Source of the DNA: a virus
DNA: 64,000 nt
IMG/VR virus record: IMGVR_UViG_3300035670_000130
Coordinates: 1-64,000 of that record
Direction: 5' to 3' (one strand)
Shown here: positions 9,327 to 18,352 of the stretch, piece after piece
Numbering within the stretch: position 1 is the first letter of the stretch
Layout: every line of letters starts with the position of its first letter
The notes under the pieces: generated by a model
Database searches by the model: none
Seen by the model: the letters and a program-made list of their open reading frames with translations, nothing else
Told to the model about the DNA's origin: nothing
Translations under genes and position numbers: made by a program

Positions 9327-9744
9327 CTAGAACCCCAGGTATATCATAGATTTTACGTAAATTAGACCGTTGAAAGTCTCCGATTGGAGAGATCACAACC
9401 CTTCCGTCCACATGAGATGCGTGGATATACTCATACTCGTCTATTGCAATACCAACATGGGTTAGCAATCCGCCGACATGAAAAAGTAAAACAGATCCAG
9501 GTTTGATTTGCTCAGCCTCGTTTAGCCACTTGTCGAGATGACGTACCAGAAAGGAACCCCTTGCCAAAGGCTCATAATTTTCGATCACATAATCCGAGGG
9601 AATAAACCCGACAGATCGTCCAATCCCGTACAGAAGCTGAACGCAATCAACCCCGAATCCCTTGCAACACTGATGATGATGCCATGGGGTATCAAGCCAA
9701 TCCAGAGCCTCTATTACTACACTAGACCGCTTAATCTCTTTCAC
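9319..9744 (-). CDS. NlpC/P60-family tail peptidase (lambda K / GTA g14-like)
   Basis: 141 aa, GTG start. Catalytic-type motifs GFGVDCVQLL (Cys) and THVGIAI / IHASH (His). Its stop overlaps the start of the J-like gene. Confidence 0.75.
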   Translation of the reverse strand: MKEIKRSSVVIEALDWLDTPWHHHQCCKGFGVDCVQLLYGIGRSVGFIPSDYVIENYEPLARGSFLVRHLDKWLNEAEQIKPGSVLLFHVGGLLTHVGIAIDEYEYIHASHVDGRVVISPIGDFQRSNLRKIYDIPGVLDG

Positions 9745-9783
9745 GACAATTAAAATTAATTAAGACACTATCATCCTAGCACC

Positions 9784-10233
9784 ATGAACCTGGATAACCT
9801 AATCTCGAAAGCCGGACAAATAATCAACGATCCGACTATAACCGCCAATGCGGTCATAGAATTCCAAAGAATATTAACACCAGCGGGGGTGGAAAGGGAC
9901 GCAGCAGGCAGATATGTGCCGACCGCAGCTACAACCGAAACCGTTACCCTGTCTTGCTACTTAAGGCAATCGAGGCGTAACAACGCCCAAGAGAAGCTAC
10001 AACTAGGCATAGATGTCAACGCTGTTCCATTCACAGGAAGACTAGTCGATCCCAAGACCTACCAGTTTCCCCTCCGTGCCAATGGGGCGATTAGCGTCAC
10101 CATCAATGGTCGGAAAGGAACGATGATTCTAGACAGTAAACACTTTGCATCTCCAACCGACGAGCAGTACGACATCAAAGGCGACCTCGGACAACGCATC
10201 TCATTCTATGTTCAGTTCAAACAAGGAGAGTAA
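9784..10233 (+). CDS. Hypothetical protein
   Basis: 149-aa ORF with ATG at 9784. It lies on the opposite strand to the surrounding structural operon. Confidence 0.55.
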   Translation: MNLDNLISKAGQIINDPTITANAVIEFQRILTPAGVERDAAGRYVPTAATTETVTLSCYLRQSRRNNAQEKLQLGIDVNAVPFTGRLVDPKTYQFPLRANGAISVTINGRKGTMILDSKHFASPTDEQYDIKGDLGQRISFYVQFKQGE

Positions 10234-10287
10234 GACAAATAGAAATAAATATGCTAGGATGTTTTTAGTTGTTGGATTCAGCCTACT

Positions 10288-10665
10288 ATGATCAGAAAGA
10301 GAAAGACTGGAGTAAAAAAGCTGGAGCATTCCGAGCAGGTGTCATTTGTTAAATGGTTTCGGGCTAAGTATCCCCATGTTTTGATTTTTGCGATTCCCAA
10401 CGGAGCTAAATTCGCCAATGGCCCAACCCAGTGGGCGATCCTGAAAGCGGAAGGTGCCGTAGCCGGAATACCAGACTTAATGGTGCCAGAATGGAAGCTT
10501 GTCATTGAGATGAAAAGACCAGTCGGCGGAGTAGTTAGCGAGGAGCAATTGCACATCCTGCAACACTTTAACTCCATCGGTTGGTGTGGAGTGGTTTGCG
10601 ACGGATTCGACAAAGCACGTTCATTTATCGAAGAGTTTGTTAAGAGGATGCCACCATCCGCTTAG
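10288..10665 (+). CDS. VRR-NUC domain nuclease
   Basis: EHSEQVSFVKWF...IPNG...GIPDLMV...VIEMKRP.G.VSEEQ...GW.GVVCDGFD.A matches the VRR-NUC PD-(D/E)XK pattern (E..Q...PNGG...G.PD...E.K...Q). Confidence 0.85.
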   Translation: MIRKRKTGVKKLEHSEQVSFVKWFRAKYPHVLIFAIPNGAKFANGPTQWAILKAEGAVAGIPDLMVPEWKLVIEMKRPVGGVVSEEQLHILQHFNSIGWCGVVCDGFDKARSFIEEFVKRMPPSA

Positions 10666-11360
10666 TGGATGCCCCTGCGACGGAGTGCCTTAAAGGGCAA
10701 TAACATATCCTCTGGAATGCGACCAACCAACTGAGGGTTGGTATTATATTTGATCCTAAACTCATCAAAGGGGACATCGAGTTCCTGAACCCCCTTGAAA
10801 GCCCCTGATTGGGTCAGATAGGTCAAAATAGTACCGGCCGCACCTTTTAATTTATTAACCTCGACATCATCGAGAGAAAAGTCATAGCCAGCCCAATAGG
10901 TAGCCTGATATGTTGAAAAGCCTGGACGAGCAGATCGATAAGATGTGTCAAGACCGACGGAGCCGTAGTAATTCCAACCGGAATTTAGAAACCCGATACT
11001 GGCGTAGTCCAAGAAGACACGATTGTCTACGTCAAGGACATAGTCTCCACCTTCAAGAAGAACCCACTGCCCTACGGGGAGTGGTCTTCTAAAAACGTCT
11101 TGAATGTTGCCACCGGAACGGACTTTTATTTCGATAGGGTGGTCAACATCGATCACTATCGGAAAGTGACACAAAAAAAATGACTGGGGGCCAAGTTGAA
11201 TATCCCCAGTCTCGACCCGTTGTGATAACTCAATAGGACGACCAGCCCCTGCGTCACCTTCGAGAATTGACTGTAGGTAGTACAATGCGCCGGTTAGCGC
11301 ATCCCCGGTGATATTGACACCGGGGGCGTAGAAGGGCAAATCAGCTTCTTCGAGAATCAT
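10662..11360 (-). CDS. Hypothetical virion protein (head-tail region)
   Basis: 232-aa ORF. ATG at 11360 overlaps the upstream stop (ATGA). It lies downstream of the capsid gene. Confidence 0.6.
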   Translation of the reverse strand: MILEEADLPFYAPGVNITGDALTGALYYLQSILEGDAGAGRPIELSQRVETGDIQLGPQSFFLCHFPIVIDVDHPIEIKVRSGGNIQDVFRRPLPVGQWVLLEGGDYVLDVDNRVFLDYASIGFLNSGWNYYGSVGLDTSYRSARPGFSTYQATYWAGYDFSLDDVEVNKLKGAAGTILTYLTQSGAFKGVQELDVPFDEFRIKYNTNPQLVGRIPEDMLLPFKALRRRGIH

Positions 11361-11584
11361 GATGTTGCGATTTTGACGAAAGCACAGTCTTTCTTATTGG
11401 CAGGACAAAAAATTTCAGCCTTGCCGTCAGCACCCTGTCGGGTACACAGTTTCTCCCCGCACTCCCCGCAGACCTTGACCCCAGATGCTTTAAGCCAAGG
11501 AGAGGAAGTAGAAGAGAGGTCGATAGACTCAACCTTTGCCCTGCTGGTGCTTTTACGAGTACCAGTAGTAGTTTCTTCAGTCAT
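11357..11584 (-). CDS. Small Cys-rich (zinc-ribbon-like) protein
   Basis: 75 aa with a GAGG SD. Contains VCGECGEKLC....FCPANKKDC. Confidence 0.55.
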   Translation of the reverse strand: MTEETTTGTRKSTSRAKVESIDLSSTSSPWLKASGVKVCGECGEKLCTRQGADGKAEIFCPANKKDCAFVKIATS

Positions 11585-11593
11585 GGCTTACCT

Positions 11594-13477
11594 CTATACA
11601 GGTTTGTCGAGAGTGCGAACTTCGATTACCCGTAACTGCTGAGGAACAGCACTGGCATCGGAATACCCAACCGGATCAACGTCGAGAGCCGCATAGCTTT
11701 CATGGGAGATCCAAATCCATTTTTGGGCACGGTTCCAAAGGATTTCACCGGATTGAGACCGAAGCTCCATGGGCATACCAATACCACGACCAATGGTATT
11801 AGCACCAAAAGCGTAGGCAGAGCGGGCGACTTGGTTAGCCGTAGTAGCACCGGTTACAACGGTTTGAACACCAGGAGTACCGGAAGCCCCCATCCCAAAG
11901 GTATTTTGCTCAAAGATATGGAAGTTGCCCCATTTGCCTCGGTAGCCAGTGATCCGGTCAACGTCAGTAATAGCAGGAAGCATATTAACCAAGGTAGCCA
12001 AATCACCGGCATTGCTGGGCTGAGTGAATCCGTCACGCTCCACCGGAGTCATGGATTTCCGTAGTTGCTGTAGCTGATAGCTGTTGATAGCTAAGCCGTA
12101 GCAACCATCCATGTAAGTGGGAATGTAAGCCGCAGCCATGTAAGTATACAAGGAATGTAGAAACTCGGCGGTCAGGGTTCCATCACTGGTATCAACCACG
12201 TTACCCACCGTGGTCTCAACCTCGTTGGCATTGTTATAAACAACCCGACTGGTAGGAGTCCACAGCGCACGAATATAACGATCCTCAAACTGCATATAGT
12301 TCCGCATGATATTCACTTGGAAGCTTTCTAAGACCGAAAGCATGGAATACATTTGGACGAAGTTTGGAACCATATAAGGACGGTTGGCGTTAACACCGAC
12401 CTTACCCATCCCGTACTCTTTGATAACGGCATCAACAACGCCAGTTTGAGTGCCTTGAGAATCCGTGGTCAGATCCGCAAATGCACCACCACCGCTGAGT
12501 TCCCAGTCGGAATTGTTAGCAGGTTCTTCGTTTAATGCGTATCTGGCAATCTTGATCGTGTCGCCTCTATTACGACCATGGTCAATTACCACATTGGGGA
12601 ATTGCCAAAAAATATAGGCACCACGGTGGGTATAACGGAGCATCGAAGACAGGGTAGGCAAAAAGCCACCAACCATATCAGCAGATGTCACTGGAGCCTG
12701 GGTAATGGGAACACCACCACGATCCCCACGGAACAGACCCTGGTTTTTAGCCCAGGACTCAAGCTCTTTATAAAGAGGAAGATGCTGTAACTCGGTTACG
12801 GTATTAAAAGAACGACCATATTTCGCTTTAGCTTCATTGATGTGATGCTGCAAATGCTGGTCAATGACACGACTGTCCGGCATGGAGAAGAACTGATCTT
12901 CGTAATTTTTTTCATGCTGGGGGGCAGACTCGATTGTCTCGAAAAGTTCTTTAACTAGAGGGGGTTGATAATCCGTGCGACTGGTCAACTGAGATAGGAC
13001 ATTAGGGTTGTAACCAGCCTCAGTGCTAACCCGTCCAGAGATCCCCGTAACAGATTCAATGTTGTTCATTTGTTGCTCGATTGATTCAGCTTTAGCTTTT
13101 AGGGTTTCGTTTTCCGAGCGAAGCTGTTCTAGTTCAGAATGCAACTTTGCTTCTTCTTCTGCCTTAACTCGTTCAGCTTCCTTTTGCTCAAGAAGTTTCT
13201 GGAGCTTGGATTCAAGCATCGCCTCGATTTCCTCCGCCGAAATGACATGAGCAGGCTCGGGGGGAGCTACGGGAGGGCTAGACTCTAAAGACTTTTTCTC
13301 CGACTCGGTACTAACAGTTGGCAAAGATTCAACTTTCTGTTTGGCGATGGTATCTAATGCTTCGGAAGCATCTTGAATAGAAACCCCTTCATCCTCAACA
13401 CCATCAAACGGGGGGATGACGATTTCTTTTACCTGGGTCGTCGGGACGGCCCGTTTGCTGGATTTAGGAATAGCCAT
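11594..13477 (-). CDS. Major capsid protein (HK97-fold, tentative) with a long N-terminal coiled-coil scaffold-like domain
   Basis: 627 aa. Residues ~80-140 form an E/K/L-rich coiled coil (EEIEAMLESKLQKLLEQKEAERVKAEEEAKLHSELEQLRSENETLKAKAESIEQQ). The large C-terminal globular part lies downstream of protease-like and Mu-F-like genes. Confidence 0.6.
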   Translation of the reverse strand: MAIPKSSKRAVPTTQVKEIVIPPFDGVEDEGVSIQDASEALDTIAKQKVESLPTVSTESEKKSLESSPPVAPPEPAHVISAEEIEAMLESKLQKLLEQKEAERVKAEEEAKLHSELEQLRSENETLKAKAESIEQQMNNIESVTGISGRVSTEAGYNPNVLSQLTSRTDYQPPLVKELFETIESAPQHEKNYEDQFFSMPDSRVIDQHLQHHINEAKAKYGRSFNTVTELQHLPLYKELESWAKNQGLFRGDRGGVPITQAPVTSADMVGGFLPTLSSMLRYTHRGAYIFWQFPNVVIDHGRNRGDTIKIARYALNEEPANNSDWELSGGGAFADLTTDSQGTQTGVVDAVIKEYGMGKVGVNANRPYMVPNFVQMYSMLSVLESFQVNIMRNYMQFEDRYIRALWTPTSRVVYNNANEVETTVGNVVDTSDGTLTAEFLHSLYTYMAAAYIPTYMDGCYGLAINSYQLQQLRKSMTPVERDGFTQPSNAGDLATLVNMLPAITDVDRITGYRGKWGNFHIFEQNTFGMGASGTPGVQTVVTGATTANQVARSAYAFGANTIGRGIGMPMELRSQSGEILWNRAQKWIWISHESYAALDVDPVGYSDASAVPQQLRVIEVRTLDKPV

Positions 13478-13520
13478 AATAGTTCTTCGATAAAAAACCG
13501 CACTCTTGATTAATTATATG

Positions 13521-14249
13521 TTACAGCCAGATAAGCTTAATTAACTCTTCAGTAAAAATAGTTGCCTGTGGGACATTGCCAACTGTAACGAAACTGAGTT
13601 CATGGGATTGATGCCATCCGTCTACCCAAGCAAAAGGGGCTACGTCTTCACTGGAAATTTTTCCAGACTGAACAAGAGATTGAGAGTAGTACCCGGGAGG
13701 ATAATGTGGATCGTCCTCGCCAAAGTCACCACCGCACAATGGACAAATATATTTTCTGCCAAGAAACATTCCACCAGTTGAGACATCAGCCAACTGCCTA
13801 TAGCGAATAGCACCAGCGGCGGAAGATTCAGATGGAATAGCCGCATAAGCGACAACACCGAGAAAACCCTGTTTATCGAAGATGCTGGAGTCAACATCTG
13901 AATTAACGGATATATCCAAGAGGGCTTCCTTCGTCGCATCCGAACCGGGGATCTTAATTATTTCAGAATCATAAACAAACCCAAGTGACGAACCAACATT
14001 TTCCCAATCGTGATCGGTAATCAGCGACTGACCTGGAAATGTAGCCGACATAGACTGTAAAGCCCTTTGAGTCCAAGCAGTCAAGTCCCAACGCATCATA
14101 TTAGTAGAGGCTAAGATTGGGACAGACAACACCTCTCGTTGATCGTAATCACCCTGTCCGTAGGGCTTGAATTTATTGATTGCCGCCATTTGATCATCAG
14201 TGGGATGGTCAAATCGCAGTCTTCTGTCCAAGTCGCTCCTGATGTCCAT
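13521..14249 (-). CDS. Putative prohead protease (HK97/U35-like); start uncertain
   Basis: ORF open from 14402, but 14209-14402 overlaps the Mu-F-like gene. Candidate starts are ATG 14249 (MDIRSDL) or 14189 (MAAINKF). LITDHDWENVGSSLGFVYD and ADVSTGGMF resemble prohead-protease His and Ser blocks (memory-based). Confidence 0.4.
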   Translation of the reverse strand: MDIRSDLDRRLRFDHPTDDQMAAINKFKPYGQGDYDQREVLSVPILASTNMMRWDLTAWTQRALQSMSATFPGQSLITDHDWENVGSSLGFVYDSEIIKIPGSDATKEALLDISVNSDVDSSIFDKQGFLGVVAYAAIPSESSAAGAIRYRQLADVSTGGMFLGRKYICPLCGGDFGEDDPHYPPGYYSQSLVQSGKISSEDVAPFAWVDGWHQSHELSFVTVGNVPQATIFTEELIKLIWL

Positions 14250-14898
14250 CGATCCAACCAAATTTTTGATGTAGTAATAGCTGAGACTGCGGTCGAGATT
14301 GGGCAAAGCTGTAAATAAGCGTACATTTGCAGTTAGATTGGCATTCGCAGTTTTCGCCAATATTGGGCAAAAACCCTGCGGGAACCCAGCCTGCATAAGC
14401 ATAACCAGGGCAGTCCTTACAGGGAACTTTACTATTCAATAATCTCTTCTCCCATCTTATACCAGCCCTAGTAAAGCCCTCTCTTTTTCCTCTTTGATAG
14501 CTTCCCCATGCGGCATTAGCATACTGAGCTAATCGTGCCCTTATTTGATTTTCGGAAAGACGACCAAATGCTATATCGGCACTAAAATTACGAAGAAAAC
14601 GATATTCGGATCTAAGCTTATTACCAACAATTCCGTAATCACGCTGGGTCATATTTCCGACACCAAGTTTGTGCTGTTGAATGTGTAACGTCTTGAGTAA
14701 ACCAGCAACGGTTTTTTCCCAAGTCCCCAGAGAGATGTCATCTTTAAACAATCCTGCGGTGACATCCATCAGTCTTTGCTTGAACCTATCAATCTGTGTT
14801 AAGGCAAGATTATCGACAGTAGCACCAGAAACAAGTCGTCCTGTCTCCAGATTGCGATAGCGTCGGGTAGCTGGGTCAAAACTAAAGCGGTCTGGCAT
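14209..14898 (-). CDS. Head morphogenesis protein (SPP1 gp7 / Mu F-like)
   Basis: 229 aa. C-terminal KVPCKDCPGYA..GW.....LPNIGENCECQSNCKC matches the Cys/His-rich end of the Phage_Mu_F family. It lies in the head module. Confidence 0.6.
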   Translation of the reverse strand: MPDRFSFDPATRRYRNLETGRLVSGATVDNLALTQIDRFKQRLMDVTAGLFKDDISLGTWEKTVAGLLKTLHIQQHKLGVGNMTQRDYGIVGNKLRSEYRFLRNFSADIAFGRLSENQIRARLAQYANAAWGSYQRGKREGFTRAGIRWEKRLLNSKVPCKDCPGYAYAGWVPAGFLPNIGENCECQSNCKCTLIYSFAQSRPQSQLLLHQKFGWIDGHQERLGQKTAI

Positions 14899-14936
14899 AC
14901 AATTAAGTCAATCTGTTTATCTTAATTTTAGATAAA

Positions 14937-15353
14937 ATGTCATCAACATTTACGACCCCGCCACCAACGTTAAAAGGACTAGTGCTGGACTTTACGGGAG
15001 AAGGCCCGTTAACCTACAAGTACCTCGCCATTGTCGGCGACGATTTTAGCAGACAATATACGCTTCGACAGTCAGAGTACGATTACACCGGAACCACGAT
15101 TGAGTATTGGCTTTCGGACAGCAAACCGCCAAAACCGGGACAAATCTTGTATAGCAACACCAAACCAGTAACAGATATTGTCTTGCCCTCGGGAACAACC
15201 CCAGGTTCATGCAAATTCATCATAGATATTCCAGATACAATCACCGACACATTTGATCCAGGCACCATATATGGGGCTTGTCGTGCCACATACGGAGACG
15301 GAAGCAAGGACACACTATTCAAAATAGAAATGAAAGTAGAGGTTGTATTTTAA
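14937..15353 (+). CDS. Hypothetical (possibly structural) protein
   Basis: 138-aa ORF, first of three co-oriented plus-strand genes. Its stop overlaps the next start (TAATG). Confidence 0.55.
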   Translation: MSSTFTTPPPTLKGLVLDFTGEGPLTYKYLAIVGDDFSRQYTLRQSEYDYTGTTIEYWLSDSKPPKPGQILYSNTKPVTDIVLPSGTTPGSCKFIIDIPDTITDTFDPGTIYGACRATYGDGSKDTLFKIEMKVEVVF

Positions 15354-15970
15354 TGTCGAGCATTATCATTCAAGCACCATCCAGCGAAGTAGTATTAGAC
15401 AAAAACCAAGGGAAAATAGAAGTCCCTTTACTGAAATCAAGTATAGAGTCGGAGATCCAATACTCTGGGGCACTGGGAGGATTTGCGCCAAGCCCAACCA
15501 TAGAAATGCAAGTGAGTACCTATGGAATAGAGGTCAAAAAAAACGATGTAACCATAATTGGTGGACATCCAGATATAACTATGAACGTTTCGGCAGCAAT
15601 CCTGTCGGGCGGAGGTGACCCAAACCCATACGCATTTATACCAGCGGGGGAGGACATTCCCCCCTACAGGGTTTGTCATGTCGTAAACGGAAAGGCGTAC
15701 CTCTCTTCAGCGTCGATGGATCCATCTTTGGCGTTATCGATCAAAGGAGTGTCCGTCAGCAGTGCAGTACAAGACTCGGTCGTACAGATCCAAATGGGAC
15801 TAGCCATCCAAAATCCAGCATGGAACTTTTCGATAGGAGGAGTGGTTTATCTAGGGGAAAACGGAGAGGCAACCCAGTCGATTCCATCGGATGGACTATT
15901 GGTCGAAATTGGCACAGCCATGTCTAGTTCCAGGTTATTCTTAGATGTAGAAGAACCTATTTCCTTGTAA
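15353..15970 (+). CDS. Hypothetical (possibly structural) protein
   Basis: The track ORF starts at 15278. I prefer ATG 15353 (MSSIIIQAPSS...), coupled to the upstream stop. Confidence 0.55.
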   Translation: MSSIIIQAPSSEVVLDKNQGKIEVPLLKSSIESEIQYSGALGGFAPSPTIEMQVSTYGIEVKKNDVTIIGGHPDITMNVSAAILSGGGDPNPYAFIPAGEDIPPYRVCHVVNGKAYLSSASMDPSLALSIKGVSVSSAVQDSVVQIQMGLAIQNPAWNFSIGGVVYLGENGEATQSIPSDGLLVEIGTAMSSSRLFLDVEEPISL

Positions 15971-15976
15971 CCACCC

Positions 15977-16495
15977 ATGTCTGCTTTAAGCTTTCTGACC
16001 AAAGTAACCGGCTTGACCACCCTGGTTGAAGCCTTGACCACCTCCGCTGGTGTTGCCGACGCAAACAAAATTGTTGCAACCAACTCCGCCGGAACTATTG
16101 ATGCAACCCTACTACCTTCCGGGGTAGAGTTATCCGTAATTTCTGTCGCCACTAGCGAGGATCTAGCCGCCGGGGATTTTGTGAACATCTACAACAACAC
16201 CGGAACCCCTACGGCTCGTCTTGCGGATGGTGGAAGCGACAAGCCAGCCCACGGTTTCGTTTTAGCTGGTACGACCTCGCCTGCCAACGCTTCTGTCTAC
16301 ATTGGCAAAGGTAAAAACAATCAGTTGACTGGACTAACCCCCGGCAGTCGTTATTTTCTGAGTACCACCACTCCCGGTGCGGTTGTTGCCACTGCGCCGA
16401 TCTACGCCAGCGGCGACATTTGCCAGATCGTAGGTTTCGCCAACAGTGCAACCGAGTTAATTTTCGAGTATGACGATCCCGTGTATATTGCCTAG
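15977..16495 (+). CDS. Fibre-like protein
   Basis: 172 aa. The N-terminal motif AGVADANKIVATNSAGTIDATLLP is a recurrent phage fibre/appendage N-terminal signature (memory-based). Confidence 0.5.
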   Translation: MSALSFLTKVTGLTTLVEALTTSAGVADANKIVATNSAGTIDATLLPSGVELSVISVATSEDLAAGDFVNIYNNTGTPTARLADGGSDKPAHGFVLAGTTSPANASVYIGKGKNNQLTGLTPGSRYFLSTTTPGAVVATAPIYASGDICQIVGFANSATELIFEYDDPVYIA

Positions 16496-17025
16496 GTGAA
16501 AACACTCTCACAGTCCTCTGGAGTAATAGGCGCACTCAGTCCTGCTGATTTCCACCTTTCAACCCCACCAAGCTCTATTCCCAAAAGGGATAGAGTTTTT
16601 TGTTCAAGTATTTCATCGCATCCAAGGCAGACGAGAAAATAGAAGGCGGTAGACTGGGTCTTGCGAGAAAACATCTCAGTAATCAGACTTTGCATACTGT
16701 GTTCAATCAGTCCATAGCCAAGTAAATCGGTCAGTAACCTGGACGAAAACAACTTTACTTCATCGACAGAAAACCCCATAACTGGCACCCCACCCCCATT
16801 ATGCAAATTAAGGTTGAACTGAGAATACCAGTCTTGGAAATTGACATAGGAAAAAAACTTTGCCCTATCGAGAAGAGAAAGATAACCTATTATTTCTGAC
16901 AGCTTGGGATCTGGAACCTCATTGAACCAATCCACAATCAGATCCCAGCTTTCGCTAGACCAAAGAATAGTTAGCGCAGGGTGCCCAACAAAAGAGGACA
17001 GAATTGCAGCATCTTGCTCCGTCAT
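16492..17025 (-). CDS. Hypothetical protein
   Basis: 177-aa ORF. ATG 17025 overlaps the upstream stop (TAATG). Confidence 0.55.
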   Translation of the reverse strand: MTEQDAAILSSFVGHPALTILWSSESWDLIVDWFNEVPDPKLSEIIGYLSLLDRAKFFSYVNFQDWYSQFNLNLHNGGGVPVMGFSVDEVKLFSSRLLTDLLGYGLIEHSMQSLITEMFSRKTQSTAFYFLVCLGCDEILEQKTLSLLGIELGGVERWKSAGLSAPITPEDCESVFT

Positions 17026-18293
17026 TACAGTTGCTCCCAGAATTTCGCTATAGCCGATCTGATGTTAACGTTTCCCGTATCACACTGAACAACTAGTGCC
17101 CAAATCTCCGGCTGGTAATTGTAATCACTACCTAAAAAATCCAGGTTACTTGAAATAGATCCGCCGAGATTAAACTGATTCCCCCTGGCTGAACTGGTAG
17201 TCAACGTTTCACCGGAGAGTGCATTGGTTACAGTCACAGTATTGGGAATAGCATTGTCGTATTGAATAGATGAATCTTCCCTGTCAGTCCAGGCTGGCGT
17301 ATAGGCAGTGCCGAAAACTGGATTCCGAACCAAATAAATATGGAAGTTACTGGTCGTGATAACCAAAACTTCCACCTCGGATACTTTTACCCTTGCATTT
17401 ATTTTACTTGGATTTAACCTGAATAACAAAAGCGGATAATACAACCCACTAGTGTTTGCATTAAAGGTACTTGTTATCCCCCTAGAAACAGAATATGTTG
17501 CACCTAGGCTATTCTCCTGACCTTCTGTTAATAGAGAAGCGCAGATCGCCTCAAGGCTTGCGCCGCTAGACCCAGTGACAGTGCGTTCTATCTCGTAACA
17601 GGGAAAAAGGTTTGCTGTTCGCATATAGACAGCGTCTCGCAGATTTGGATGCTGAAAAACATGAGCGAGAACAGGCACACGATTATAAACAAATCCAACT
17701 GCCACATCACCTACACCGAGCCATTCCAACGCAACAAATCCGATGTGACACTGAGTCTCATCGAAGTCATAACCAGTGCCGCTACCGTCAAAATTGTCGG
17801 CATTCCACCCTGATTGCAAAACACGTTCCGTCTCAACAACAGAGCCAGAAGAGGAAGACCGAATAACCCAACTCAGACCAGACTCAGATTGTTCTAGAAA
17901 TACCCCATCACTTGCGTCAAAATAACCAACCCTTTTTACAACACCAGTCTGACTAGTCCCCAGATTAAAAGTGAAAAAATACAGGAGAGACTTCCCCGGT
18001 TGATACAACCCAGGAATGTAAGACTTGAGTCGGCGAAGTCCAACCCCTGTTCCCACTGAAAGAAGGGTAGAAGCCCGCTCCTGGGAATAGCTACTAGATG
18101 TCCCAGACCCACTCGATTCACCCTCAGACACCAGTCTGTTCCTCAACCCAGACGACTGATTGATGACTATCTGAGTAGTCGGCTCCGATGTTCTCAACCG
18201 AGAAAACATGTCAATCAAATTAGGAGGAAGGTTTACATTAACGTCCTCTAAAGCAACCACAACACCTCCCGAAAGACTCAATAATCTACCCAT
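17025..18293 (-). CDS. Hypothetical structural-like protein (beta-rich)
   Basis: 422-aa ORF with ATG at 18293. Ser/Gly/Thr-rich and contains a WNADNFDGSGTGYDFDETQ..ALEWLGVGDV block. No family recognised. Confidence 0.55.
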   Translation of the reverse strand: MGRLLSLSGGVVVALEDVNVNLPPNLIDMFSRLRTSEPTTQIVINQSSGLRNRLVSEGESSGSGTSSSYSQERASTLLSVGTGVGLRRLKSYIPGLYQPGKSLLYFFTFNLGTSQTGVVKRVGYFDASDGVFLEQSESGLSWVIRSSSSGSVVETERVLQSGWNADNFDGSGTGYDFDETQCHIGFVALEWLGVGDVAVGFVYNRVPVLAHVFQHPNLRDAVYMRTANLFPCYEIERTVTGSSGASLEAICASLLTEGQENSLGATYSVSRGITSTFNANTSGLYYPLLLFRLNPSKINARVKVSEVEVLVITTSNFHIYLVRNPVFGTAYTPAWTDREDSSIQYDNAIPNTVTVTNALSGETLTTSSARGNQFNLGGSISSNLDFLGSDYNYQPEIWALVVQCDTGNVNIRSAIAKFWEQL

Positions 18294-18352
18294 TGTTTTT
18301 ATTTGTTAATAATGTTATTGTTATCTTAGTTTAACCCAGTCCATTAAACACT

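Noticed and set aside
13521-14402. Full 293-aa version of the protease-like ORF starting at 14402
   Set aside because: Its first ~50-70 codons overlap the conserved Cys-rich C-terminus of the Mu-F-like gene in another frame. An internal ATG at 14249 or 14189 is more plausible.
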